Positions 41,276 through 51,779 of a stretch of 64,000 nt of DNA are shown one piece after another (position 1 is the stretch's first letter; every line of letters begins with the position of its first letter). The stretch is from Camelus dromedarius (lineage: Eukaryota): contig NC_087437.1 of NCBI RefSeq assembly GCF_036321535.1, positions 111,664,001 to 111,728,000 of the forward strand, written 5' to 3'. The notes under the pieces were generated by a model. The model had not been told where the DNA came from. It saw only the letters and a list, made by a program, of their open reading frames with translations, and ran no database searches. Both the position numbers and the translations under genes were made by a program.

Positions 41276-41448
41276 GTGTGGAACTTAGCTTTAAGTTGGG
41301 TGCTTTAATGAGACAGAGCATAATCAGAGACACGATCTGAGGTGTGAAATCCAGCCCAGCATACTTACTTACAGAAAACACCCTCAGCTACGTGGTGGCG
41401 TTATGTGACTCTAACACAAAGTCCTCCGTGGTGTTTCTTGCCTCTCAG

Positions 41449-41592
41449 ATTGCTTGTCTTACTCGGCTTTGCAAGTCTTATCCAGGAGGTGCTACGGGAA
41501 ACAGAGGTGCAGAATCCTTGTCAACAATCACCATTTCAGAAGCCCCTGTCTGCCGGGAGTGAAAAAATACCTCACCGTCACCTACGCGTGCG
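41449..41592 (+). CDS. EVA1C: EVA1C coding exon 5 (144 nt), C-terminal half of SUEL domain 2
   Basis: cctctcag|AT TGC TTG... = CLSYSALQVLSRRCYGKQRCRILVNNHHFRSPCLPGVKKYLTVTYAC(V), ends TGC G|gtaaga; overlaps ORF 41454..41753. Confidence 0.96.
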
Positions 41593-41605
41593 GTAAGAAC
41601 GCACC

Positions 41606-41930
41606 CTCCCTACTTCGTAATGGGGCGAGTGGCATTCCGCCGCCCGAGACTGAGCGGTACCAGGTCCGTGATGCCCTTAGACGTCCGGGGCTGCCCACGG
41701 GCTACGCTGGCTGGCTCGGCGTGCGCCTGCCCTGCACCGGCCGGCGCGGGTAACCCCTCGAGCCGCTTTCGTGATGGGGATCAGGGATTTCAGTTGTTCC
41801 CCATGAACGAAGAATTCCCAGTAAGCGCGGGCCATAAGCTTGTGTCAGTTAAGTCCCTGCGCTTTGTACACACCGCCCGTCACTAGTACAATTGGATGGT
41901 TTAGTGAAGCCCTCGGTTCGCCCTGCGGGG
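41606..41930 (+). pseudogene. 18S (SSU) rRNA-derived fragment, 3' part of the rRNA, diverged and non-functional
   Basis: Collinear with mammalian 18S: CAGGTCCGTGATGCCCTTAGACGTCCGGGGCTGC, GATGGGGATC, CCCCATGAACGAAGAATTCCCAGTAAG, AAGTCCCTGCGCTTTGTACACACCGCCCGTC, ATTGGATGGTTTAGTGA; truncated at both ends, many substitutions. Confidence 0.93.
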
Positions 41931-44900
41931 AAGAGGGTGGGGAGGAGAAATACACCCTTTACGAGCTGCTTCAGGACCTGGCCTCTTGGGAAGGCGGTGA
42001 TCACATGAACAGAAGGTGTTTTCCGGCAACAAGCCATTGCACCCACCCCACCCCGGAAACCAGTTGTCCTCCATATTTAAGAGCCCTTCCTCCAATGCTT
42101 TATTCTTCTTTACGACATTCATGTCAGATAAGCAATAGAATTTCCTCTGGTCAAAACTGGTTTTAAAAGCACTTTTAGCAATCAGATTGGCAGCAAGCAG
42201 GGAGGGTAGGAAAAAACAGCAAATGGGATCAAATCCATGTCCCTGAGAAGAAGGATTTTAATCTGGGTTCTTAGGAGGCTGTAAGATTTATGGGTGTGCA
42301 ATTTATGTGATGCAAGTTCACTGAGTATTGTTTGGCTGCAAGCTAAGCTTTCAGTCCTGTGTTTAGGCCCTAACATGACTAATTCTCTATGCTGCCAAGA
42401 GCCGTTTCATCTACAGACCCCCAGGGTCGAGCCAGCAGGTCAGATGCTTACCTACAACCATTAAATATGGCACGTGATGGCACAACTCTGTTCTCCCAGT
42501 ATCTTCAAATAATAAAATGGAATTCCCAGTTCATTTGATTCCAATTTTATGAAGCTACCTTAAAAAAAATCAGGTATTAATTACTCTCTCAGGGTGCTGT
42601 GGATTTCTGGTTGGTAATCCTGACATGTGGACTGGTTTTTGGTTTTTTTTTAAATAAGTGTAGAAGCAAAGGGAGAGCCAAGGGCATCATAAGAAGAACC
42701 TGACGCCTGTGTAAACCAAATTGGGAGAGAGGAGAGGAGTGGGTGAGGAGGCAGGTAGCGTGGGGTGATACAGGAGGGCCAGGACTGGATCCGGCGGGGT
42801 CCTGGGAGGAGATGCCACTGCAGGGTTTAAGTCCGGGGGGTCACTCGGTAATGATGATCAGACTCTTAAAATACCACTCGGCTGTAGGGTGGACGATGGG
42901 CTGGAGTGGGGTGGAAGCGGAGACCAGTCAGACAGCAGCAGGCAGTGACTCAGACCGGAATGGTGCCGGAGGACGTGGTAAAAACTGGGTGGATTTGAGA
43001 GGCTTGGGGAAGTAGGAAGACATTCAAGATGCTAAAGACATCTGGCCAATTGTACAGATTGGGGTCCAAAGAAGGTGACAAGGGCAGGAAGGGTGTGTCC
43101 CTTGTCTTAACAGGGGGAAGAGGCTCTGGGAATGGGTGGAGGGAGGGCTTCGTGTTCCTATTGCAAGATTCTCAAAATAAGTGTGAGATGAGGTCACCAG
43201 CGCTGAGAACGGGGAGCGAGCGGGAGGGGTTTGAGGAGATGAGAGAAGACAGGAAGTAGGGGCTGTGAGGGCCGGAGGGCAGACTGACTTCAGAAAGATC
43301 AGCAGCAACGGCGCTGAGAGTGTTGAGGGCCTGGGGGAGCTTAGCAGTCAAAATGCTCCAGGACCCTAGTCTGCCTGGCCGTGGCTCCCTCCTTCAGGCC
43401 AGCTGCTCGAGATCCGGCCTGGAGAAGAGGGCCCCTCCAGGCTCACTGGTCAGCATGGGAGGGTCTGGATGAGTGTGGAGGATTGCAGAGGGAGGGAGTC
43501 CACTTAGGACAGGAGGCTGAGGTCAAAGACGGGACTTTGCATCTTGGTTTAAGATGTGGAACCATGGACAGTGCCCCTTTGTCATGGACCATCGCTGTGG
43601 TCCCCCAGGAGTTATTCCAAAGGGAGAGAGTGACTCTCACTAGGAGGTGACTTAGTGTCCAAACAGACTCCTTCTAATCACCTTCTAAGTGTTTGACATT
43701 TTACAAGTATTTCTCCCCTGACAGATGGCTCTTCACTGTGAAACCGGAATCATTAACAGAGGATTTGCAATGTCTGCATTATCTTTTAGATCACCAAATG
43801 GGCATTAAAGATTTTATACTTAAAAAAATTATTTCAGTTAATGTGGAAGTTGATACAAAAACAGAGGATGTCAGGAATTAATTTCTAAGCGAATCTGTCT
43901 TACTTGAGACTCTTTGGATACGAGTGAAAAACCAGTTTTAGCTGGTTTAAGCCAAAAGGTAATTCAGAGGCAGCCTAAGACCATCTTCAGAAGCTAGCGC
44001 AGGAAAGCAAGGTCTCAGGATGGGGCTGAAGCCAGAAACTCCAAGGGGGTGGCAGCCATCCCTCGCGTCTCTCTTCTCTGCTTCCTAGTCCTCTCTCTCT
44101 GTCTCTCTCCGTCTCTGTCTCTGTCTCTCTCCCTCCCCTGCAGACCGCCTTCCGCTGAGCCTGGGCTGGATGGCATACCGCTATCTGCACAGCCTAAGTG
44201 ATTCCTATGTCAGATTTTTATGTTCTAACAATATGAAGACTGGCAGTCTGGCAACCTTAATCCGCAATTTCTAACAGAAAGATATTTAATTGGCTGAGCC
44301 GGGGTCAGGTAGCCCCCGCTGTGATCCACCTAGATCAGAGACTACATGATGTGATTATGAACATGGCTGTCAGAGAGGGGCCCAGGCAGCCCCCAACCCA
44401 AGTCAGGATGCTCTTACACAAAAGGTTCAGGGAAGATCCACCCCAAATAGAAATCTCTTCCAATGCCCTGCTTCTAACTGCAGTGTCCATCCAGGCTTTG
44501 CTGTCCTGCCCGGCAATCCTGGGTGCCTAGCCAGGAGACACCTCACCCCTTGGGTAGGGGGAGGGTGCATCAGTGGGCACTAGGGTTCCTGCCCTCATGG
44601 GCTGTAGGATTGAATGTGAATTTCAGGCCCTGGTGACTTGGGAGACCAGGAGGGCTTCCTAGGGGAGGTGCCGCCTGAGGGAAATGAGACCGGATGTGTA
44701 GGAGTCAGCAAGGTGAAGGGCAGGTGAAGGCTGGGAGGTGAGCGCAGGAGCAGGACTGGACGGACCTTGTGGGATGGGAGATTAACGCTTGGCTGGTGCA
44801 TAAGGACAGGGAGGAGCCATTGGAGGGTTTTCTCAGGGGACAGAAGCAATTCGCATTTTAATAGGAACACTCTTCCCTATTTTATAGCTTCTTTTAATCC

Positions 44901-45405
44901 TACCTCTCCCTACCACACAGCTTTTAGGCTGGATGGAGAATTTCAGCATCTTTGTGTGCTCTCAGGGAATGTTTCGAGCTGTGGGCCTTTTGCTTTTAGA
45001 GCTGTAGGCAGGGTATCTTCATGTGGCCGAAGTCAAACCACTGGGAGCGCAGAGCACTTGGTCATTAACTGGTCAGGGAGCTGCCTCGCTCCAGCACTCT
45101 TCTTTAATGCATGGCTAGATAAAGTTTTCTCTCTCAGTTTTTTATCCAAGTTTCATTATTAGCCATACTTCTTCGACAGGATAGATTTTAGACTTACCTC
45201 CTAATAGGAGGAGGCAGACCTGGAGAACTTGGCCAGCTCTCCCCCTCACCTCTGCAGGGAGGGCTTCTCCCCAGGAGCCACGGCCACTGGTCCCTGAGGG
45301 TCACGAAGACAGAGGCACAGCTTCTGACAGTTCCTGAGAGGGACGGGAAATGTGTGGATCTCAGCCTGGGGCCCGCAGCTCCTCCCAGGAGATGGGCAGG
45401 CAGAT

Positions 45406-45690
45406 GGATGCCAAGATTTGGGAGCAGGAGGGATGCTGGTAACAGAATCTGGGGGTAAAAGTGATGGGTGCCAGGATTTGGAGACAAGAAGGATGGTGGT
45501 ACCTGGATTTGGGTACCTCTTCTCCCTAGGTGCTGGGATAGCGGGACATGAGGGCTGAGTGTGCCAGGATTTGGGGACAGGTAGAATAGGAGGTGCAAGC
45601 CCTGGGGATGGAGGAATACGTGGTGCAGGTTTGGGACAGTCAGGATGGAGGGGTGACAGGATTCGGAGGTGCTCGTGCAATCTGGGTACC
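45406..45690 (+). repeat. Degenerate G-rich tandem repeat, ~28-30-bp unit (GGTGCCAGGATTTGGGGACAGGAGGGAT-like)
   Basis: Recurrent GTGCCAGGATTTGG / ATGCCAAGATTTGG / GTACCTGGATTTGG / GTGCAGGTTTGG cores at roughly 29-nt spacing; antisense ORFs show repeated PNPG and PKSWHP peptides. Confidence 0.7.
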
Positions 45691-45784
45691 TATTGAGGGA
45701 AATAGTAAAGCTGAGATCTTTTTTTGTCCCAGATATGGGAAATTATTTTGGGCCCTAAGTTCAACCTGTGGAGGCTTCTTTCTT

Positions 45785-45883
45785 GGATTTTTTTTTTTTT
45801 TTTTTGTGGAGGTACTAGGGATTGAACCCAGAACCTCGTGCCTGCTAAGCAAACACTCTGCCACTGAGCTATACCCTCCCCCT
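45785..45883 (-). mobile_element. tRNA-derived SINE (vic-1-like), short form
   Basis: Reverse-strand SINE head with poly(A) tail; perfect 14-bp TSD GAGGCTTCTTTCTT at 45771-45784 and 45884-45897. Confidence 0.92.
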
Positions 45884-47729
45884 GAGGCTTCTTTCTTAAA
45901 GTTTGCCCTCATCCAAGCTTGACATAGATTTATTCAGCAAAAAAAAAAAAAAAAATTCTGGAAGGGGCCCTACCTAAATTTAGTGAGCCATTCAAGCCCA
46001 TTTGAATCTCTGGTCATCTCTAGTTTCACCTAACAGACTTGAGAGGGACTGTCTGGTTGGGAACCACTTTGCCACCTTTATAATCCTTTAAAATAATCCT
46101 CTGTCCAGTTCCCAGGGGCTGAGCGTCCCACGGACAGTATAGCATCACAGAAAAGAGCCAGGGCATGCATGAGCGAGACCAGGAGTTGAAGCTTTGCCTT
46201 TTACCTTTGTAGCTGGTCCATCTCTGAGCCTTAGTTTTCCCATCTGCAGGGATGGGAATGATACGCATCTTCATGGGGTCACTATGAGGACTACACAAGA
46301 GGCACCCTCTAAACACCCTTTAAAAGCACAGGGTTGGCATGTGGCAGGCACTCTGCGAAAAATGGTTTGCTAGTGTCCTCACAAATGTACCTCAGGTGGA
46401 GAGGGGTGGTCTTGAGAGGCAGTAATAAATCATACCCAGTCCCCGGCTTCATTCTGAATCACATTGAAACAGCAGCTACGAGAATCTGACAGGTGTGTTG
46501 ACACCTGTTGTGATTTCAAAGGTCCTGAAAGATTCTCCCTCTATCAGAGCCATTTTCACGTAGTAAATGGGCAAGTTCCCTGACACGAGCCTGTACCGTA
46601 CACGGGCAATTTAATGTTTTATTCTGCCAAGTTCATCCTGCAATGCCCTTCCTCTCTGAGCAATTCCTCTTTCTCGCGCTGTCAAGCCTCTGGCACTTGC
46701 CAAGAGCCCAGCTCTCCTCGGGCCGTATCTTGAGAACAAGCCAAGAGATGAATGTGAGAAGGAAGTGCCCCTCCTGGCAGAGAGGACTTACTCCCGCTGA
46801 GGAACCAAGGGAGTCCTTCTCAGGGTGCAGAAGTGATGGAGAGGCTGTCTCATCAGAAAGCATCTTGGGGCCCCACAGCTCAGCTCTCTGGGGCACTGCC
46901 GGTGTCCCAGGATCAGCAGGTCCCAGAGGGCATTCCTGGGGGGCCCTGGACAGCTTCCGCTGCCTCCACCACCGTCACCAGGCGGCCCTGGAAATTGACC
47001 CCCGCTGCTGATGACCACAAAGGCGCCAGGGCCTCCTGCATGGGGAAAATTCACAATTTAGGAATGTCCTCTTGGTTGCTGATCCTGGGACATCCCCAAA
47101 AGTCTTCAGTGAAGCACTATGAGAAAGGAAATGAGATTTTCTTGCCGCTGAAGATGTCTTACCAGCTCTGTTTCAAAAATCAGTACACTTGAACTTGCAG
47201 GGTTTGTATTGGCTTCACTTCTATTTCCTGTTGCCACTTCTCCCAGATACCAGCTGAGCTAAAGAACAAACAAAAATAAGCAGTTTTCTGCAGCAAAAAC
47301 ATTTGGTTTCCTCTCCCTCCTCCCAGCCGGCTGCAGGGCACTGGGTCTTCAGAATTCTCGCTTTTCCCCCCATTTGGCTCCTGCTCCCATCTTGTCTGCT
47401 TTGCCTGGGATGGTGGGGGGGGGGTCTTTGAGATCCTGATGGCTTATTCTTAAGGTCAGTTCAGTAGAATCTTTAACCACCTTCCAAAAGAGTCTGTTAC
47501 ACCGCCCTCTCTCCTCATCTTTCCGATGTTTTGTTTTGTTTTGTTTAATAGTACTGAGAGGTTCATTCTAGCACGGAGCCCTAGAATTCTCTGCAGGCTT
47601 ATTATAGAAGCAATGAGTTAGAGCGCTGTGGACAGAAAGCAGAGCTGCAGCTGGGAGAGGTCAGAGGTGGGTTCTGAGGGGGTTGCACTCATTTGGTTTC
47701 ACTGTATCTCAGAGAAGTTCATGTTCAAA

Positions 47730-48465
47730 GTTAACAGCATTATTGCGGTGTGATTTACATACCTTAAAATTCTCCCGTTTTCAGTAAAAACAATTCAGTG
47801 ATTTCTGGTACACTGAGAGAGCCCCACAGCTGCACACCACACTCCAGTGTTAAAGCATTTCCATGATCCCCCAAAGTCCCCTCCTGCCGGTTTGCAGTCA
47901 GTCCCCATTCCCATCCCTGTCCTCGGTAACCACTCATTTACTTTCTGTCTCTGTAAATTTACCTCTTCTGGAGATTTCATATGAATGGAATCGTACCATA
48001 GATGGTCTTTTGTGTCTGGCTTCCTTCCCGCAGTGTAATGTTTTTGAGGGGCATCCACATTGTAGCGTGTACTAGCACAGTCCGCCCTCTGTGCCTGCGG
48101 GTCCCGCATCCATGGATTCAACCCACCACGCATTGAAAATATTAAAAAAAAAAAAAAATTCCAGAAAATTCAAAAAAGCAAAACTTGAATTTGCCGCACA
48201 CTGACAACTATTTACACAGCATTTACATTGTATTAGGTATTATCAGTAATCTAGAGATGATTTAAAGCATACCAGAGGATGTGCATAGGTTATGTGCAAG
48301 TCATACGTCATTTTATATGAGGGACTAAAGCATCCATGGATTTTAATATCCCCAGGGGTCCTGGAATCAGTCCCCTGAGGATCCCGGGGGATGGTTGTAC
48401 TTCATTCCTTTTTATTTCTAAATATTATTCTGTTGCATAGATCTACCATATCTTGTTTATTTGCC
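47730..48465 (-). mobile_element. Old L1 (L1MB/ME-like) 3' end, split by a MER2-type element
   Basis: ggtaaccactcatttactttctgtctctgtaaatttacctcttctggagatttcatatgaatggaatc...gtagcgtgtactagca [insert] tacttcattcctttttat. Confidence 0.75.
48078..48397 (-). mobile_element. MER2-family Tigger (Tc1/mariner) MITE
   Basis: Degenerate TIRs CAGTCCGCCCTCTGTGCCTGCGGG ... CCCCTGAGGATCCCGGGGGATGGTTG followed by TA; internal CATTTACATTGTATTAGGTATTATCAGTAATCTAGAGATGATTTAAAG diagnostic of MER2. Confidence 0.85.
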
Positions 48466-48693
48466 CTCATTTTGGTTTTTTAATACTGCAAGAGAGGCCT
48501 AAAATTTAACCCTTCTGGAACATTTGATGATCACGTGGGTACCGCTGGTGTCTGTGTATGAGTGAATCTGACAAGCAGAGTGAGTGATTTATGTACTGAT
48601 TTGAAAACTGATTTCTTTTAATCTTACCTGCATTGCATTTTAAAGATACATTAAGCGTATAAAGTATTTACAGTGTTTCTTTTTGGTTTTTAG

Positions 48694-48774
48694 TCCCCAA
48701 GAACATCCTCTCAGCGATTGATCCAGCCGTTGCCAATCTAAAACCGACTTTGAAGCAGAAAGATGGTGAATATG
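48694..48774 (+). CDS. EVA1C: EVA1C coding exon 6 (81 nt), extracellular stalk
   Basis: ggtttttag|TC CCC AAG AAC... = PKNILSAIDPAVANLKPTLKQKDGEY(G), ends TAT G|gtaatt; phase 1-1. Confidence 0.93.
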
Positions 48775-49432
48775 GTAATTTTTATGGCTTACTCCCAGCA
48801 TTTTCCTTTAAGTAGGGGTAAACAGCCCATGTGAGCGCAGGTGGGTGCACACGGGCCGGGATGGAAGGGGACATCAGGAGGTGTGGGAGCTGCCAGCGCC
48901 GAGGGTGGTGGTGCTGTGGCAGATGGTTGCAGATGGTGGCCAACATTTTGTTTCGTGTTTTAAATGATAAGTAGGATAAATCCTCCTTCCACTCCCTCTC
49001 TTGTTTCCTAAAAGAAAAAGAGAGATCTGCTCAGAAATAAATCTGGGGTTCCTGGATCATATGATGGAAACACAGTCCCATTGGGTACCTGAGTGGGCCA
49101 GACCCAGGCTGGGCCCGCGGGCCTCCATCCACATACATATCACCATCTTCCTGAGGTTTTCATGGGACTTGTGTAAATAAGGGGATGAACGTTTTGGTTT
49201 TCTTATCAAATCTAGAGTGGAATTCAGACCCTTAGGGCTCCTGATAGGAACTACAGAGGCCTTCAAGACATTCTATCTAAGAGATTGTGCGTTGCGGGTT
49301 GAGAGTTGATCTGGTGTTAGTTTAATTATATTTATGAGGTCTCGTCCCACTAAGTAGAAAAGTGTGCTTGATGTGGAACATGGAGGAAAGCACCAGGAAA
49401 CAACTCTCCCCTAGTCTCAAAGCTTAGGGATA

Positions 49433-49567
49433 GGGGAGCGGGTATAGCTCAGTGGTAGAGCACATGCTTAGCACGCACAAGGTCCTGGGTTCAATCCCCA
49501 GTACCTCCATTAAAAAGAAATTAAAATAAATAAACCTAATCCCCCCCCCAAAATAAAACTTTAGAAC
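49433..49567 (+). mobile_element. tRNA-derived SINE (vic-1-like), long form
   Basis: A and B boxes, AAATAAACCTAATCCCCCCC extension; TSD aagcttagggata / aagcttaaagata. Confidence 0.9.
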
Positions 49568-50224
49568 AAGCTTAAAGATAACCAGTATTAATATCCTACA
49601 CTCTCCTCATGGTGCTCCTCCAGCTCTCCCCCAGCTCTGCATCTCCCAGCCCCACTGCTCCTTTTAACAGGGCTCCCGCCTCGATCCTATGAATATCCCC
49701 GACCCTCTGCCCAGAGGCCTGAGAGCTCTGACATTCCCAGGGGTCCACAGAGCCCCATCATGGCAGCTTAACCAGGCAACTGAAACCAGATCTGCCCTGC
49801 ATTTTGCTGTCATTTCCAAAAATGTAGCCCAACACAGCCTCCCTGCATAATCCAAGGCCTTCTTACCAGCTGCGGCCAGCTGCGGTTATGTAGGACACTG
49901 TTAAATCTCCCAGAGGCATGATGAATGCCGTTGCCTTTAGGATGGGAGAACAAATGTGCTCCCTTCTGCAGTAGAGAAGGTAAGTGGTACCTGAAGTTGG
50001 AACCAACACATTTTAGAATTTCTAAATCTCTTTTATCACTTGATATTTTCAGAGCCTGCTTACCAAATGCTCTTCCTGGCTTAGTCGTCTGTAATTTAGT
50101 TAGAAGCCCACTTATTGGATTTCTATGACTTTTTATTTGTCGTCGCAGTCCTGGGTTAGGAACAAAATGCATACTGTGAACAGCTGGAGTTAATCAGTCT
50201 TGCATTTTTTTGTGTGTGAAACAG

Positions 50225-50314
50225 GTATAAACTTTGACCCAAGTGAACCGAGGGTTCTGAGGAAGGATGGAGTTATTGTCAGCCACTCCCTGGCGGCATT
50301 TGCCTACATTAGAG
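50225..50314 (+). CDS. EVA1C: EVA1C coding exon 7 (90 nt), juxtamembrane start of EVA1/FAM176 region
   Basis: gaaacag|GT ATA AAC TTT... = INFDPSEPRVLRKDGVIVSHSLAAFAYIR(A), ends AGA G|gtaggt; phase 1-1. Confidence 0.94.
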
Positions 50315-51424
50315 GTAGGTCAGTGAACTGAACCTTCCTAGATGCTCATGGATTTGCTGAAGTCTTCACACAAATGATCTGTTTAGTTATAACACTTGGA
50401 TAGCTAAAGAAAAATGACTTTGAGTTTGACACAGCAGCTGCTATCTTCTACAATCCAGAACACAGAGGCCCCTGAATTCAGGCACAGTTCCCACAGGGCG
50501 ACCAACAAGAGAACCACATAGGAAGGTAGCAGATGCAAAAGTCACGCGACGTAGGAGCTGGGCTGCCTGGGAATTTTCTGCTTTGCGGAGTAGGAACCAG
50601 AGGAATGCACTTTCCAGCTCTAAAATTTGGGAAGGGCATCAGATTATTGAATTCCACCCTTGGCTGGAAGAAAATTGAGCCAAAAGCTGACTTAGTGAAT
50701 AAAACAGGTCATGCCCTGCGAAGGCAGAGCCCCTTTCTGAGTCACCGATGTTACGTCTGTCGGTTGCCAAGGTTTCCCTTGATAATCTTAGCCTCGAGGA
50801 TCAATCAGACTCGGCCCTCCTTAAGTAGGGGAGCCAAGATTGCTCGTCAGCGAGCAGGGTGCCTGCCATCCCTCCTCACCAGCCTCTCCGCTCACCTCTG
50901 GACAGACTGTATTTTGGAATATTGCCTCTGCAAGTTTCGGCAATGCCTGCCTGGCTCTGCTCAGGGAGCCAAAAGCTCTGAGGCCTTTTGTCAAATACAT
51001 GGTAATATGATGCATGGCAGCATTCCTTACTCAAGGCCTGCTGAAGCGGGGCTGTTTGGGGTGAGCCTTCCTCAGAGGAAAATAAAGGCCTGAGGAAACA
51101 TCTCAGCACAGGAGGTGGAACAGTGTTGGGGTCCTCTGCCAGCATCCCTCTTGTGTGGCTGTGGTGTGGTTGCTGAGAATCTTCTCTGAGAATCTTCTCT
51201 TTTCTAACCACCCTCCCATTTCCATTTCTTGCTGCTCCCAATAATTGTCGAAGTTAAGAGATGTAACAATTTTTATTGTCGAAAGTATCCCTGTATTTCC
51301 AAGTGCCTGGAGAGCCCCTTGGGGAAAGATACCATGAGAACACCGCACGCAGGGCACAATGAGGAGGCTGCTTACTGTGCTGCGGCCGTTCCGGGCCACG
51401 TCAGCTCCCCTCAACTACCGCCCT

Positions 51425-51779
51425 GGTCAGCTCAGGCGGCCATAACAAGATACCATGGATTGAGTGGCTTAAACAACAGAAATTAATTTTCTTCTAGGCT
51501 GGAAAGCCATGATCAAGGTGCCAGTGGGTTTGGTTTCTAGTGAGAGCTCTCTTCATGGCTGGTAGACCTGAGTCATCACACAGCAGGGAGAGCAAGAGAG
51601 AAAGAGAGTTCTTGGTGTCTCTTCTTGTAAGGACACCAATCCTATTGGATCAGGGCCCCACCTGTATGTCCCCATTTAACCTCAATTACATCCTTATAGG
51701 TTCTGTCTCCACATACAGTCACATTGTGGGTAAAGGCTTCAACACATGAGTTTGGGGAGACACAGTTCAGACTATAGCA
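51425..51779 (-). mobile_element. MaLR solo LTR (MLT1B-like)
   Basis: gccataacaagataccat...gtggcttaaacaacagaaatt...ggatcagggccccacc...ttttggggagacacagttcagactatagca. Confidence 0.8.

Noticed and set aside
41606..41930. Functional rRNA gene or contaminant contig
   Set aside because: Only a short diverged fragment, embedded in a continuous intact gene, with no ITS or 28S context.
50533..51093. 186-aa ATG-initiated ORF in intron 7
   Set aside because: No domain similarity or coding-like composition that I can recognise.
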